Made by a program: the position numbers and the translations under genes. Positions 1 through 10,110 of a stretch of 32,000 nt of DNA are shown piece by piece (position 1 is the first letter of the stretch; the number at the start of each line of letters is the position of its first letter). Origin of the DNA: Candidatus Saccharimonadota bacterium (lineage in GTDB: Bacteria > Pseudomonadota > Alphaproteobacteria > CAJXXZ01 > 1604HC); contig NZ_CP043316.1 in the NCBI RefSeq assembly GCF_008189405.1, forward strand, positions 420,001 through 452,000, given 5' to 3'. A model generated the notes under the pieces. That model made no database searches. It was not told the DNA's origin and was given only the letters and a program-made list of their open reading frames with translations.

Positions 1-1015
1 AATATCCTATCAACTCACCTTTTTTAATTTTCTGATTTTTATTCAAAAGCAATTTTGTAAGATGCGCATAACCAGTTGTGATTTTACCATTATATGTCGG
101 ATGTGTAAGTTCAATATAATTTCCATAACCCCTACAAACAAATGCTCTTGTAACAATTCCATCGGCTGAAGCATAAATAGGAGTCCCCAAAGGTGCTGCG
201 TAATCAATGCCTCTATGCATTCGTTTAATTTTCAAAACTGGATGAATTCTCCAACCATATGAAGATGAAACTCTAGCATTTACAGGCTTATTCAAATAAA
301 CCAAATCATCATAGGAATAATTTTTCATAGGATCATACAGTTTTTTCCCTAACTGCACTATCACGTTATTCTCACCATTCTTATATTTAACATCTATCAG
401 AGAAATCTTTGGCATCACTCCTTTTTGAGATGAAGATTCATACTCCACATTAATATTATGAATATTATGAAGAGATTTCCCTGCTTTTTGCATATATTGC
501 ATTATTGTATGAACCATCGGCATTGGTAAACTTTTAGAAATTGAATTTCTCAAATTACCATTCACTTTATGCTTAAATATTTCTCTTTTCTCTCTCTGAA
601 TCCATTCTAAAATAATATTATCATCAATAGATTTAAGAAAAATCTTAAAACCTTTGCCTGTAATATAGCATTCATCAAATTTATGCTGACCATTTTGCTC
701 AAATACTTTAGTGGAAATCACGGCATTATATAGCCATGATGGAGGAATTACTTTTTCAATTTCTTGAGTAATTTTTGCAACTTGATTAAGAGCAATTCCC
801 TCTTTTGAAAATGATATTGAAACACCTTCATGCCCAATCACGTGCTTTACCATTAATTGTTTTACAGGAATATTAGATAAAATCATATTAGATTGGGAAA
901 TTTTTGGAACATTTGCTAATTTTAGTATAACAATACAACCACTCATAAATAGACATAATCTAAATAATGATATTAATTCGAAAAAGATATAAGTAAAGTT
1001 GATTAATCTAGGCAT
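1..1015 (-). CDS. M23/LytM-family peptidoglycan endopeptidase, N-terminal about 338 codons; the C-terminus runs off the window edge
   Basis: I translated the minus strand by hand from the ATG at 1015-1013 and it stays open to position 1, which is why it is absent from the supplied track. The N-terminus is a hydrophobic anchor with a possible lipobox (LFMSGC). LytM catalytic motifs lie near the edge: SSYGWRIHPV..HRGIDYAAPLGTPIYASADGIV..GYGNYIELTH..TGYAHL. Confidence 0.8.
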   Translation of the reverse strand, partial: MPRLINFTYIFFELISLFRLCLFMSGCIVILKLANVPKISQSNMILSNIPVKQLMVKHVIGHEGVSISFSKEGIALNQVAKITQEIEKVIPPSWLYNAVISTKVFEQNGQHKFDECYITGKGFKIFLKSIDDNIILEWIQREKREIFKHKVNGNLRNSISKSLPMPMVHTIMQYMQKAGKSLHNIHNINVEYESSSQKGVMPKISLIDVKYKNGENNVIVQLGKKLYDPMKNYSYDDLVYLNKPVNARVSSSYGWRIHPVLKIKRMHRGIDYAAPLGTPIYASADGIVTRAFVCRGYGNYIELTHPTYNGKITTGYAHLTKLLLNKNQKIKKGELIGY

Positions 1016-1363
1016 TAATCTGACAAAACTAGCCACATAACGACTCCAAAAACTAATTTCATCTACAAAAAACTTTACTACTATCGAGACCACGAAGCAA
1101 TTCTAACACTTTCAAATAATTATCGCTATCTTATGTTGAAAAATCTGTGTAAAAATTGATATAAAATTAATTTTATTCTTTGGAAATACCTATATATAAC
1201 GCAAATATATTGTAATTTCTTTATTACAAAAATATCATTATTTTATATGGTATATTTTATGTAAATTTATCCGTTTATTCTTGTAAATTTTATGCAAATA
1301 ATATTCTATATTGCATGATTACAAATAATATGCCTATTATGCACACATTAGGAGTGTGTAAGC

Positions 1364-3379
1364 ATGAAAAAATCTCTAATAATACCTCTGTGTACATTAA
1401 TCACCCAGATCGAATCTGTAGTTCTAAGCAGTGAATTTCATATATTTGATGTTGGGCAAGGTAATTGCCAGTTGAGTAAATATTATGTCCAATATAATCA
1501 TAGCAATGAATATGGACAATCAGTTGAAAAAACGGAAAGAATTGGATTCCTTTATGACTGTGGAAACCATAAGCATTCACAAAAATCTGGTAGCCATAAG
1601 AGCAGATCGCAAACTTTAAGTGATGCAATCAATAAAGATATGCTAACAGATCTTGACTTGCTTGTAACAATCCTTTCATACCCAAATGTAGAAAATATAA
1701 ATAGTTTGAGTGGATTATTAGAAAATCACTATGCAGTCCAAAGCCATGATCCAAAAAAAAGAAGATCTTCTGAAAAGCCATTTGTTTCATTTCTATGTGG
1801 TGATTGGGGTCAAAGTAAAGACTCTGTTGCAAGCACAAAAAAACGTTTGGCAGATAATTCTATAGAAACATATTCATGGAAAAACAGTGATGGATCACCT
1901 GAATTTTTCTCTGATAATATTGTTGAATTGTGGTCAAAAGCAAAATCACAAACAAGTCATGCAAAACAATTGTTATTAAGTAAGTTTGATAATGCAATTG
2001 CTGAATTAAGAATGCAAATATACATATGGTCTATGAATACTAAACACCAAAGCATAGATAATCAAAATGCAGCAAACCCAATCATTTCATTTACACATAG
2101 TTATTTGAAATATAATACACAGAAGCAAATATCTCTTTTGTGTGCTGGAAATGCTGAGCATAGCACAGCTCTTGAGCTAGTTCAAAGTATCTATAAAAAC
2201 AATAGTTATTTCATACAGACAATTGATAAGGTTCAGAAAAACAAAGAGATGCAGGAAGTTGATGTGCAGAATGCTGTGAGATATGCTTTGCCACCCATTG
2301 ATGATGTATTATTAGATGGAGATGTTGTATATATCGCATCACATAGAGAATCAGAACAGCATGCAAATACTATATACATATTGAATAGTATGTTTAAATT
2401 TAGTGCTATATATATATCTAATGGAAATGAATATCCTAATTTACATCGCAATTTCTATGATCAAACAATAAAATCATTAGAGGGATGGAGCATTAACTAC
2501 GTTGTGGCACAAATGTCAAATATGTATAACGCAAAGACCTATCATATTGCATATAATTATGACCAAAGTAATTTGAATAATTTGATCAAATTTAATTTAG
2601 GTAAAAATCAAGCAAATACACCAAAGATAATCACAACTTATGAATCTAAAAGTAATGAAATCAAAGAGAGAGAATGTCCAAATTGGCTGTATTCTACAAG
2701 CAGCCATGGATCTGCTTCAAGTGTATTATTTGTAAGCACTGAAGATGGATCAAATAAAATATCTAATGTCATTTCAAATATTATGAAGCGTGAATACGAA
2801 TTGCTTACTAAGAATGATTATAAGTTAGTTAAATCTCTTGCATCTTTATTATGCACGACATCTATTGTAGATTATGCTACAGATTCACACTATACAACAC
2901 CAATCGCTTCAGCAATTATTTATCCGTATATCGTACGTAAATTATGTGATGATATTGCAAATATTTCATTTTTACAATCAGATTTCACTAAAAAATTAGG
3001 CATGATGGCACAACTTCCACTTGCATTAGATTTTATAATGGGGAATGAAGATTTTTATTGGAGCAAACTGACCACAGCATATGTTATGTCCAATTACTTT
3101 TGCTCGCTAAGTGGTGTAGATAATGTAAATAAATATATATATAACTTACTATCTGGGCCTGCATTTGCGATAATGTACCATCAAATGCTTGGTAGTAATG
3201 ACGAAATATGGGACACAAAGATAATTAATATAAATTACGCATCCATACCAATCAAATTAGCACTTTCATTACTATATGGATCTAATTCAATATTGCAGAA
3301 CGTAGTTTATGTAGTTGGATATGTGTTTTATGATTTCTTCTATAATATATTTCTATCATTCACACAGCTAATGGTCTAA
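1364..3379 (+). CDS. Paralog P1 of the ComEC-type MBL-fold family; predicted catalytically degenerate, with a C-terminal hydrophobic repeat domain
   Basis: AGGAG lies about 9 nt upstream of the ATG. The N-terminus is signal-like (MKKSLIIPLCTLITQIES). It shares family motifs EFHIFDVGQGNCQL, IGFLYDCG, FLCGDW, IYIWSMNT, PIISFTH and CPNWLYSTSSHGS. The metal-site motifs are altered: LSYPNVENIN, AGNAEHST, ASHRES and NLHRN. The C-terminal roughly 210 aa are homologous to the P2 C-terminus (GNEDFYWSKLT, IWDTKIININ, GYVFYDFFY). Confidence 0.75.
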   Translation: MKKSLIIPLCTLITQIESVVLSSEFHIFDVGQGNCQLSKYYVQYNHSNEYGQSVEKTERIGFLYDCGNHKHSQKSGSHKSRSQTLSDAINKDMLTDLDLLVTILSYPNVENINSLSGLLENHYAVQSHDPKKRRSSEKPFVSFLCGDWGQSKDSVASTKKRLADNSIETYSWKNSDGSPEFFSDNIVELWSKAKSQTSHAKQLLLSKFDNAIAELRMQIYIWSMNTKHQSIDNQNAANPIISFTHSYLKYNTQKQISLLCAGNAEHSTALELVQSIYKNNSYFIQTIDKVQKNKEMQEVDVQNAVRYALPPIDDVLLDGDVVYIASHRESEQHANTIYILNSMFKFSAIYISNGNEYPNLHRNFYDQTIKSLEGWSINYVVAQMSNMYNAKTYHIAYNYDQSNLNNLIKFNLGKNQANTPKIITTYESKSNEIKERECPNWLYSTSSHGSASSVLFVSTEDGSNKISNVISNIMKREYELLTKNDYKLVKSLASLLCTTSIVDYATDSHYTTPIASAIIYPYIVRKLCDDIANISFLQSDFTKKLGMMAQLPLALDFIMGNEDFYWSKLTTAYVMSNYFCSLSGVDNVNKYIYNLLSGPAFAIMYHQMLGSNDEIWDTKIININYASIPIKLALSLLYGSNSILQNVVYVVGYVFYDFFYNIFLSFTQLMV

Positions 3380-3488
3380 AAAAGCTAATAGTTCTTTTGT
3401 ATGATATCTAGCATATAAAGTCTTATATTATCTAATAAAATTTATATATACTTGCCAATCAATTTATTGCTTTCACTAAATCAATAAA

Positions 3489-3986
3489 TTAAAAGTATGC
3501 TCTATTCAGCCAACCATTTATGAATCTATTCTGATTTGCATTTTGCATAACAATTATTCTGTAATAATTTGCAGCTTCAGATCGCAGGGCACATAACAAA
3601 GCATATGAGTTAGCTTCATTAATTGTAGCAATGCTTTTTGTGCCTAAAATACCATCTTCATCTATATGCACACCTGTGGCTCTTAATGCTCTTTGAAGCA
3701 GCTTATTTGCATTCTTATTCCCTAAATTTACCCCTAAATTAAACACTTTATTTGCAATTACATCATCATCGATTTTGTCATACTTCCATGTACACCAATA
3801 ATATTTGTAATAAATTTCTGTTGCTGTTTCAATCGTTAATCTCTCAATATCAATATTCTGATGCACTTTTTTACTAATTCCATATTTTGTTTCTCCTCCT
3901 CTATCATACTGATCATTAACATACCCACCTTCATGTTCTAGTAAAACATTCATTGCTTTTTTAAATTTATTGCTATAAATTACCAT
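3489..3986 (-). CDS. GH108-family N-acetylmuramidase with a C-terminal PG_binding_3-like domain (often annotated as secretion activator protein)
   Basis: The N-terminal LLEHEGGYVNDQYDRGGETKYGIS matches the GH108 EGGY..D.GG.T.YGI signature. The C-terminal DEDGILGTKSIATINE matches the DG..G..T peptidoglycan-binding motif. The gene is convergent with P1. Confidence 0.8.
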   Translation of the reverse strand: MVIYSNKFKKAMNVLLEHEGGYVNDQYDRGGETKYGISKKVHQNIDIERLTIETATEIYYKYYWCTWKYDKIDDDVIANKVFNLGVNLGNKNANKLLQRALRATGVHIDEDGILGTKSIATINEANSYALLCALRSEAANYYRIIVMQNANQNRFINGWLNRAYF

Positions 3987-4686
3987 AGTTATACCCCTTA
4001 ATTACACCAATTCTCAATTATATAGGGTGATATATAAGCAATAAACATGAGATTGATTATTAAATTCAACAAATCTATTTAATGTTGCTTGCTCAACCCT
4101 ATAAAGTAGTTTTGATGAATAGCTCTTATAAATAATTCTACGAAAAATGAAGTAAAAAATTCAAGAAAAATTTCTGAACTATTATAATATTAAATCAATC
4201 ATTGCAGCCTGTTCAATATATTACTAGATATATCCATTGCCATAATATATTCAGCAAATCACTACAATGCATCATACAATTGTTATATATTTTCATTAAA
4301 CATTTTAGATAATTTGACCAGATCATATATATTTCCTAAAGCTCCACCACTACACTTAAAGCTCTATTATTATACTTTTCACATGGCGCGCATAACTAAA
4401 ATTAACCTAGGTTACAGATTGCATTTTTTCTTAGTTCTATAATATTTCCTATTATTCACCATTTGCTTACTGCGTTACCATACATTATATAATTGGCTAT
4501 ATTGAATAATGATCTTCTTAGTATTTTACAATATTTCATTAACAAGAATTACTGGTTATTATATAATTTAGATGTGGCTATATATGGATTTAATCATAAT
4601 ATTGCTTTTATTAACTTAAAACATCATACAATTGTTATATTCCATTATAATGCTTTTTACACTTTATTATCATATGTATTTTTCAT

Positions 4687-5379
4687 TTACTTAATTATTG
4701 TGCTATTTTTATTCATTATCTTATTATCTATATCATTCAAATTATTATTATTTAGCATTGGAAGCATTTTACTTAAATTTGTTAGATTTGCTACTATTAA
4801 TGGTAAATTATTCTCTTGTGCAATTAAAATTGCAGATTTATCATATGCGTCATACTTAATCGCTTGCTCATAATCCAAACTGTGCAGAAGTTTTGCACCT
4901 ACATTAGAAGATGGATCTTTATCAAAAACCCCACCAACTGTAGATGCTTTACAAACCCAATTACAAGATAATTCCAACCCTCGAATCACCATTGCTGTAT
5001 CTGTACTTACATTTCCACACCAACCTAATCCACCACATATAATAATTTTATTATGACTGTTTTGCATGAGCTGTCTTATTTTAATAGGATTGTACTTATT
5101 AATTATATCTTCATTACATATAGGTGATGCAATATATGAATCAAATCCCAAATCTGATATCTTATCTGCTAAATCAATACCATTAATCAAGGTGCTCATG
5201 ATACCAATTCGATCTTTAAATAAGCGTTTGTCAGATTTGACAGATCTTCCTCTCATGATATTACCACCACCCACCATAAAAATTATATTCTGATTATGGT
5301 TTGATTTTATAAAACTAAGCAATTCATGAATGTGTTCTTTGAAATATGATCCAGAGATTTTAATTAATCCGAAATTCAT
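4687..5379 (-). CDS. pyrH: UMP kinase
   Basis: It has the IKISGS and MVGGGNIMRG motifs and sits directly downstream of tsf in the canonical rpsB-tsf-pyrH order. The Asn-rich C-terminal tail is atypical. Confidence 0.9.
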   Translation of the reverse strand: MNFGLIKISGSYFKEHIHELLSFIKSNHNQNIIFMVGGGNIMRGRSVKSDKRLFKDRIGIMSTLINGIDLADKISDLGFDSYIASPICNEDIINKYNPIKIRQLMQNSHNKIIICGGLGWCGNVSTDTAMVIRGLELSCNWVCKASTVGGVFDKDPSSNVGAKLLHSLDYEQAIKYDAYDKSAILIAQENNLPLIVANLTNLSKMLPMLNNNNLNDIDNKIMNKNSTIIK

Positions 5380-5396
5380 TCAAACACTCTGTTTCC

Positions 5397-6227
5397 TTAT
5401 TGTTTTCCAATAATGATTTTTTTGAATTCAATAATTGTAATGCCAGCTTCTTTTGCATATTGTTCAATTGTAATTTTACCATCAAATGCGTAAGGTTGAG
5501 ATAATAATACTCTATCTTTCAAAGCCTTCTGAACTTTTCCTTCAAGCATTTTATCTTGAACTTCTTGTGGTTTATTTTGATCAATCTGAGCTAAAGCAAT
5601 ATCTTTTTCACGATTCATAATTTCTTCAGAAATTTCAGAGCTATTCAATACATCTGGATTCATAGCAGCAATATGCATAGCAATTTTCTTACCAAATTCA
5701 GGATCAGGACTTGAAATTCTTACTAAAACACCAATTGTTCCAACTGTTGGAAGTGGCACGATATTACCATGAACATATCCATATACATATGTGTTTTGTT
5801 CAGATTTTAATGTTGTAATTTCTCCTAATTGAATATTTTCTTTAATTACAGATGATGATTCAATCAATAGTTCAGAAACTTTGGTTCCATTTAATGCTTG
5901 ATTCTCTAAATCTTTAGGATTCACAATGGATAGTGTACATAAATCTCTTGCAATTCCCCAAAAATCTTCATTTTTAGCAACAAAATCTGTTTCGCATTTT
6001 AAGGATACTAAAGTTCCTGCATTTCCATCCAAATGCATAGCTACTATACCTTCAGATGCATCTCTGCTAGATCTTTTAGATTGAGAAGCAATGCCTTTTT
6101 GACGTAACCAATCTATAGCTTGTTCTTCATTACCATTAGTTTCTTTTAAAGCTTCGTTACAAGCTTTAATACCAGCTCCAGTTCTTTCTCTTAAAGACTT
6201 TACTTGTACTGCAGTTATTTTACCCAT
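5397..6227 (-). CDS. tsf: Translation elongation factor Ts
   Basis: The N-terminal UBA-like ITAVQVKSLRERTGAGIKACNEALKETNGNEEQAIDWLRQKG is diagnostic. Its start overlaps the rpsB stop by 8 nt. Confidence 0.95.
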   Translation of the reverse strand: MGKITAVQVKSLRERTGAGIKACNEALKETNGNEEQAIDWLRQKGIASQSKRSSRDASEGIVAMHLDGNAGTLVSLKCETDFVAKNEDFWGIARDLCTLSIVNPKDLENQALNGTKVSELLIESSSVIKENIQLGEITTLKSEQNTYVYGYVHGNIVPLPTVGTIGVLVRISSPDPEFGKKIAMHIAAMNPDVLNSSEISEEIMNREKDIALAQIDQNKPQEVQDKMLEGKVQKALKDRVLLSQPYAFDGKITIEQYAKEAGITIIEFKKIIIGKQ

Positions 6228-7104
6228 TTTTAATCTCTTCCGTGGTTTTTTCTATTTTTTCTGTTTGTTTCTCTTCTTCTTTTTTCTTCTTTGCTTCTTC
6301 TTTTCTCTTTAATACTTCTTGCTCATCATGAATACCTAACAATCCAGCTCTTGAACAAAGAGTGCAGAATAAATCTACAGAGATTATAGAGTCATCATTT
6401 CCTGGTACTGGGAAATCAATGCCTTGAGGATCTCCATCTGTATCCAATAATAATACTATAGGAATATTAAGTTTTTTTGCTTCCTTAATTGCATTGGTTT
6501 CATTATGTGAAGTAATAATAATTAAGCTTGGCAAATCACTCATATCTCTGATACCTTCAAAAAGCTTTGCTTGCTTATCATGCTTTTTTTGGATCTTTAC
6601 TTGTTCATGCTTCTTATAACTATTGTAAAAACCATCTTCTAACTTCTTTTCAGTGTCTTTCATTCTTTTAATTGATTGAGAAACTGTTTTCCAGTTAGTA
6701 AGCAACCCACCAGGCCATTTTTCACTGATAGAATATTGAGCACATTGTTTTGCAGCATCTTTTACAGCTTTTCTAGACTGATGTTGAGTTCCTACAAATA
6801 AAACACGTCCATTTCTTGAGTTAGCAACATGTTTTCTAATGGCTGCCAATGCGTTTTTAAATAATGGAATAGTTTTACCCAAATTAATTATGTACATTCC
6901 ATCTTTTTGCTCAAATATATATGGCATCATTTTTCTGTTAGTTCGCTCTAACTTATGTCCAAAATGCACACCTGCATCCCTTAAATCATTAAAGGTAAAA
7001 TTAATAATAGATTCTATTTCTTTATTAGCTTCTTTGTTAACTTCAACTTCTGGTTGATTTTCTACTGCTTTATCAGCACTGATATTATTGATATCTGTAT
7101 TCAC
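6220..7104 (-). CDS. rpsB: 30S ribosomal protein S2 with a Lys/Glu-rich C-terminal extension
   Basis: Evidence is the GVHFGHKLERTNRKMMPYIF and LFVGTQHQSRKAV motifs and the position upstream of tsf. Confidence 0.95.
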   Translation of the reverse strand: MNTDINNISADKAVENQPEVEVNKEANKEIESIINFTFNDLRDAGVHFGHKLERTNRKMMPYIFEQKDGMYIINLGKTIPLFKNALAAIRKHVANSRNGRVLFVGTQHQSRKAVKDAAKQCAQYSISEKWPGGLLTNWKTVSQSIKRMKDTEKKLEDGFYNSYKKHEQVKIQKKHDKQAKLFEGIRDMSDLPSLIIITSHNETNAIKEAKKLNIPIVLLLDTDGDPQGIDFPVPGNDDSIISVDLFCTLCSRAGLLGIHDEQEVLKRKEEAKKKKEEEKQTEKIEKTTEEIKNG

Positions 7105-7327
7105 AAATAAATCTCCTTCTGTTTTGTTGCAGTCAGGAATTTTAATAGCTTTACTACTTTGATTTCACCAAGCTATGCTTAAAAACAAAAAAACTCCACA
7201 GAAAGTTTTTGACTGCACTTGCTGGACATTATCGCATAAAAAGATATAAAATCAAACAGTAGTTTCAGTTGATTGAGTTTATACAATTAACTGTAATCAA
7301 TGAACTAATTTTTTAGGAAGGTGAAAA

Positions 7328-7801
7328 ATGCATTCTGTTCCAATCACTAGAAATGGGTATGAAAAATTAAAAAATGAGTTGCACGATTTAGAAGCAATAG
7401 AACGTCCAAAAATAATTGATGCAATACAAAAAGCAAGAGCTTTAGGAGATTTATCTGAAAATGCTGAATATAAATCTGCAAAAGAAATGCAAGGAAAATT
7501 GGACTACCGTATTTCATATTTGAGAAAACGCATTCCATTATTACAAATTACCGATTTGTCAAAAGCAGTTGATAATATAATAAGATTTGGAGCATTTATC
7601 ACATTAATAGATATAGATACTGACAAAGAGATTATTTATCAATTAGTTGGAGAAGATGAATCTTCTCCAGAAAAAGGCAGCATATCTATCAAATCCCCAG
7701 TAGGTAAATGTTCTCTAGGAAAGTCAGTTGGTGATTTTTTTAAAGTAATCACACCAGGTGGCACAAAAGAGTATGAAGTAAAAAACATTGATTATAGGTA
7801 A
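7328..7801 (+). CDS. greA: Transcription elongation factor GreA
   Basis: PITRNGYEKLKNELHDL..ALGDLSENAEYKSAKE is the GreA coiled-coil signature. GGAAGGTG lies upstream of the ATG. Confidence 0.95.
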   Translation: MHSVPITRNGYEKLKNELHDLEAIERPKIIDAIQKARALGDLSENAEYKSAKEMQGKLDYRISYLRKRIPLLQITDLSKAVDNIIRFGAFITLIDIDTDKEIIYQLVGEDESSPEKGSISIKSPVGKCSLGKSVGDFFKVITPGGTKEYEVKNIDYR

Positions 7802-7993
7802 TAATCATCATATATATTGCATATACATACCTTTTATACCTACAATTTCTTCTAATGATATAGTGTTTTATGAATATTTCAGCACTCTTTAGTGTGCTAA
7901 ACACTCTAAATATTTATATCTGTATCTATTACTTTTATAATGAATGTATATATATTAAATTTAAATCAAAGTGAGATTAAGATGTTAGTTAAA

Positions 7994-8701
7994 TTATTTC
8001 AAAGTGATTGATCTAGCTAATGTAACACAATAAATTTTATTTACTCCTGCTTTTTTAAGTGATTCTGCTGCAAAATTAATGGTAGCACCTGTAGTTGTCA
8101 CATCATCAAGTAATAAAATGTTTTTTCCTTTGAACCTAAATTCATATTCATAATTAAACTCAAAAGCTCCTTTTACATTTTTCCATCTATCCGCTTTATT
8201 AAAAGTACTTTGAGTGCCAGTAAACCTGACCCTTAACAGCCCATTGTCTAAATATGGAATTTTTATTGCTTTAGATAGATTTTTCGCCAAAATTGAGGAT
8301 TGATTATACCCTCTCCAAAAAAGACGCCAACTATGTAATGGTATGGGAACAATATAATCTATATCACTAATCCATTCTTTGATGGTGTTTTTTAATAAAT
8401 TAGAGAAAAAACTTGTCAAATAAAAACAACCATGATTTTTATATGCCATAATTAGTTTTCTTGTATTTTTATCATACTTCATAATAGATTTTGCATAATC
8501 TATATGATGATTATCTTGTATACATTTTGCGCATGATATTTTTCCTAAATCATATTCAAATGGATTACCACATGTAATACATGCTGGATCTTGTATGAAC
8601 ACTATCTTACCCCAACATTGATGGCATAATCCATTTTCTTGCAACGTACAATCACATAAGTAACAAATCTTAGGGTAAAATATACTCATTAATTTTTTCA
8701 T
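7994..8701 (-). CDS. comF: ComF-family (ComFC-like) phosphoribosyltransferase-domain protein
   Basis: The N-terminus has a Cys-rich zinc-finger pattern (CYLCDC..CHQCW, CITCG..CAKC). The C-terminus has the PRTase loop ILLLDDVTTTGATI. Confidence 0.8.
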   Translation of the reverse strand: MKKLMSIFYPKICYLCDCTLQENGLCHQCWGKIVFIQDPACITCGNPFEYDLGKISCAKCIQDNHHIDYAKSIMKYDKNTRKLIMAYKNHGCFYLTSFFSNLLKNTIKEWISDIDYIVPIPLHSWRLFWRGYNQSSILAKNLSKAIKIPYLDNGLLRVRFTGTQSTFNKADRWKNVKGAFEFNYEYEFRFKGKNILLLDDVTTTGATINFAAESLKKAGVNKIYCVTLARSITLK

Positions 8702-9402
8702 GAATTGGCGCTTATTAGATTATTACTTATATTTTCAATTATTTGATTAAAATTTGCAGATCTGCTTAATCGTCCAAAACACAATCCATCCACATATGGA
8801 ATCAAATCTTTATAATTATTTTCATTTAAAGATCCACCATAACAAACTGGGCTATCTGTTAATTGTTTGATCCTATCAATTTCATATTTTACTTTATTTA
8901 AATCAGCAATACCTTCTTTCCCAATATAATCATGTGGCTCAAACACAAAAATGCTCTTATAAGATAGGAGGTCTAATGACTTATTTTCATTAGTGTAATT
9001 AGGTTTACGTTTAATCTTATTAAGCGTATTAGATAGATTAATAGCTTCTTGATAATCTTTAATAAAAATGATTGGCGTAATACTATTTTCCTCACATATC
9101 AAAACATGCTCTGTTGGATTATAATTATTGTTTGCACGATGATCTGCATGATTACACAACATATATTTCACATTAAACTGCATAAGTAAGCTGATAGAGA
9201 CACTGCCTGTTAGTTCATTTTGCACAGAATTTTGAGCACATAAATTAATATTTTGTAATTTTGATATATAGGAAATATGCAAATAATTAGGAGCAATTAT
9301 ATAATGTATATTTTGTTTTGTTTTATATTGCGATGCATGCAATAAGTTTGCTTGAGAGCAAATACCCTTCCAATTTCCTATAATAACAAAGCTCATTTCC
9401 AT
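8698..9402 (-). CDS. tpiA: Divergent triosephosphate isomerase
   Basis: GNWK, FEP (catalytic Glu position) and YGGS are present in the right order. The GHSERR box reads NHADHR and the WAIGTG loop reads DYIGKEG. There is a 4-nt ATGA overlap with comF. Confidence 0.6.
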   Translation of the reverse strand: MEMSFVIIGNWKGICSQANLLHASQYKTKQNIHYIIAPNYLHISYISKLQNINLCAQNSVQNELTGSVSISLLMQFNVKYMLCNHADHRANNNYNPTEHVLICEENSITPIIFIKDYQEAINLSNTLNKIKRKPNYTNENKSLDLLSYKSIFVFEPHDYIGKEGIADLNKVKYEIDRIKQLTDSPVCYGGSLNENNYKDLIPYVDGLCFGRLSRSANFNQIIENISNNLISANS

Positions 9403-9552
9403 TATTTTAATATATTTTATTCAAGATAGATATCGTGAATATATAGAATAATTTAATAGATAGGCAGTATAAATACTAAAATAAAAAACAAAGGGAATAT
9501 TGCAGAAAATTATGATAATAAATATATTATATGTAAAGAGCATGGAGAAAAA

Positions 9553-10110
9553 ATGGAATTAATAAATAATATAGAATCAAATCTGAAAAACAGGATTGCA
9601 AAATCGATTGAAGTATTTGCAGATCACTTGAAAGGTTTGAGAACTAATGTTGTGTCCCCTGATTTTCTGAGTGCAGTAAAGATTGATGCGCATGGCCAGT
9701 TCATGCCTATCAAATCAGTTGCTAGTATTACAGTTAAAGATCAAACCTTGCACGTACAAGTATGGGATAAATCTTTAATCAAAGCTGTTGAAAAAGGAAT
9801 TATGGATAGTAAATTAAATGTGAATCCATCATTGGAAGGTGATTCTATTTTTATAAAAATTCCACCACTAACACAAGAAAGACGTAAAGAACTTGTAAAA
9901 ATGGCTAAAGACCTTAAAGAAAAATCTAAAATTTCTGTTAGAACAATTAGGCAAGATTCTATGTCAGATCTTAAAAAACTAGAAAAAGACAAAGCAATAT
10001 CTGAGGATGCTAGAAAGAAATCAGAAAAAATATTTGAAGAAATTATCAAAAAAGGAACAGCTCAAATTGAGTTACTTACATCTCAAAAAGAAAAAGATAT
10101 CATTGGCTAA
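9553..10110 (+). CDS. frr: Ribosome recycling factor
   Basis: Evidence is LRTNVVSPDFLSAVKID, VWDKSLIKAVEKGIMDS and PPLTQERRKELVKMAKD. Confidence 0.95.
   Translation: MELINNIESNLKNRIAKSIEVFADHLKGLRTNVVSPDFLSAVKIDAHGQFMPIKSVASITVKDQTLHVQVWDKSLIKAVEKGIMDSKLNVNPSLEGDSIFIKIPPLTQERRKELVKMAKDLKEKSKISVRTIRQDSMSDLKKLEKDKAISEDARKKSEKIFEEIIKKGTAQIELLTSQKEKDIIG

Noticed and set aside
3987-4686. Long AT-rich spacers (3987-4686, 10111-10516, 29578-30063) scanned for ncRNA genes, riboswitches or gene remnants
   Set aside because: I could not recognise any conserved RNA structure or coding remnant by eye, apart from the tiny ORF reported separately. Long spacers are common in degraded genomes. A covariance-model scan (Rfam) would be needed to say more.
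4493-4873. A 126-aa plus-strand ORF rich in Ile/Leu/Phe
   Set aside because: Its 3-prime half overlaps the well-supported pyrH gene on the other strand. Its composition is what AT-rich non-coding DNA yields, and no RBS is evident.
7881-7910. A short hairpin (AGCAC..GTGCT) between the convergent greA and comF genes, considered as a bidirectional terminator
   Set aside because: The stem is only 5 bp plus 2 bp with a mismatch, the loop is poor, and there is no flanking T or A run. This is not enough support.
9741-10049. A 102-aa minus-strand ORF inside frr, with similar antisense ORFs inside sppA (17631-17963), murJ (26245-26607, 26899-27108, 27225-27441), dapF (29301-29555), rpsB (6839-7057) and others
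   Set aside because: All are embedded antisense in genes with strong homology-based calls. None shows recognisable motifs or translation signals.
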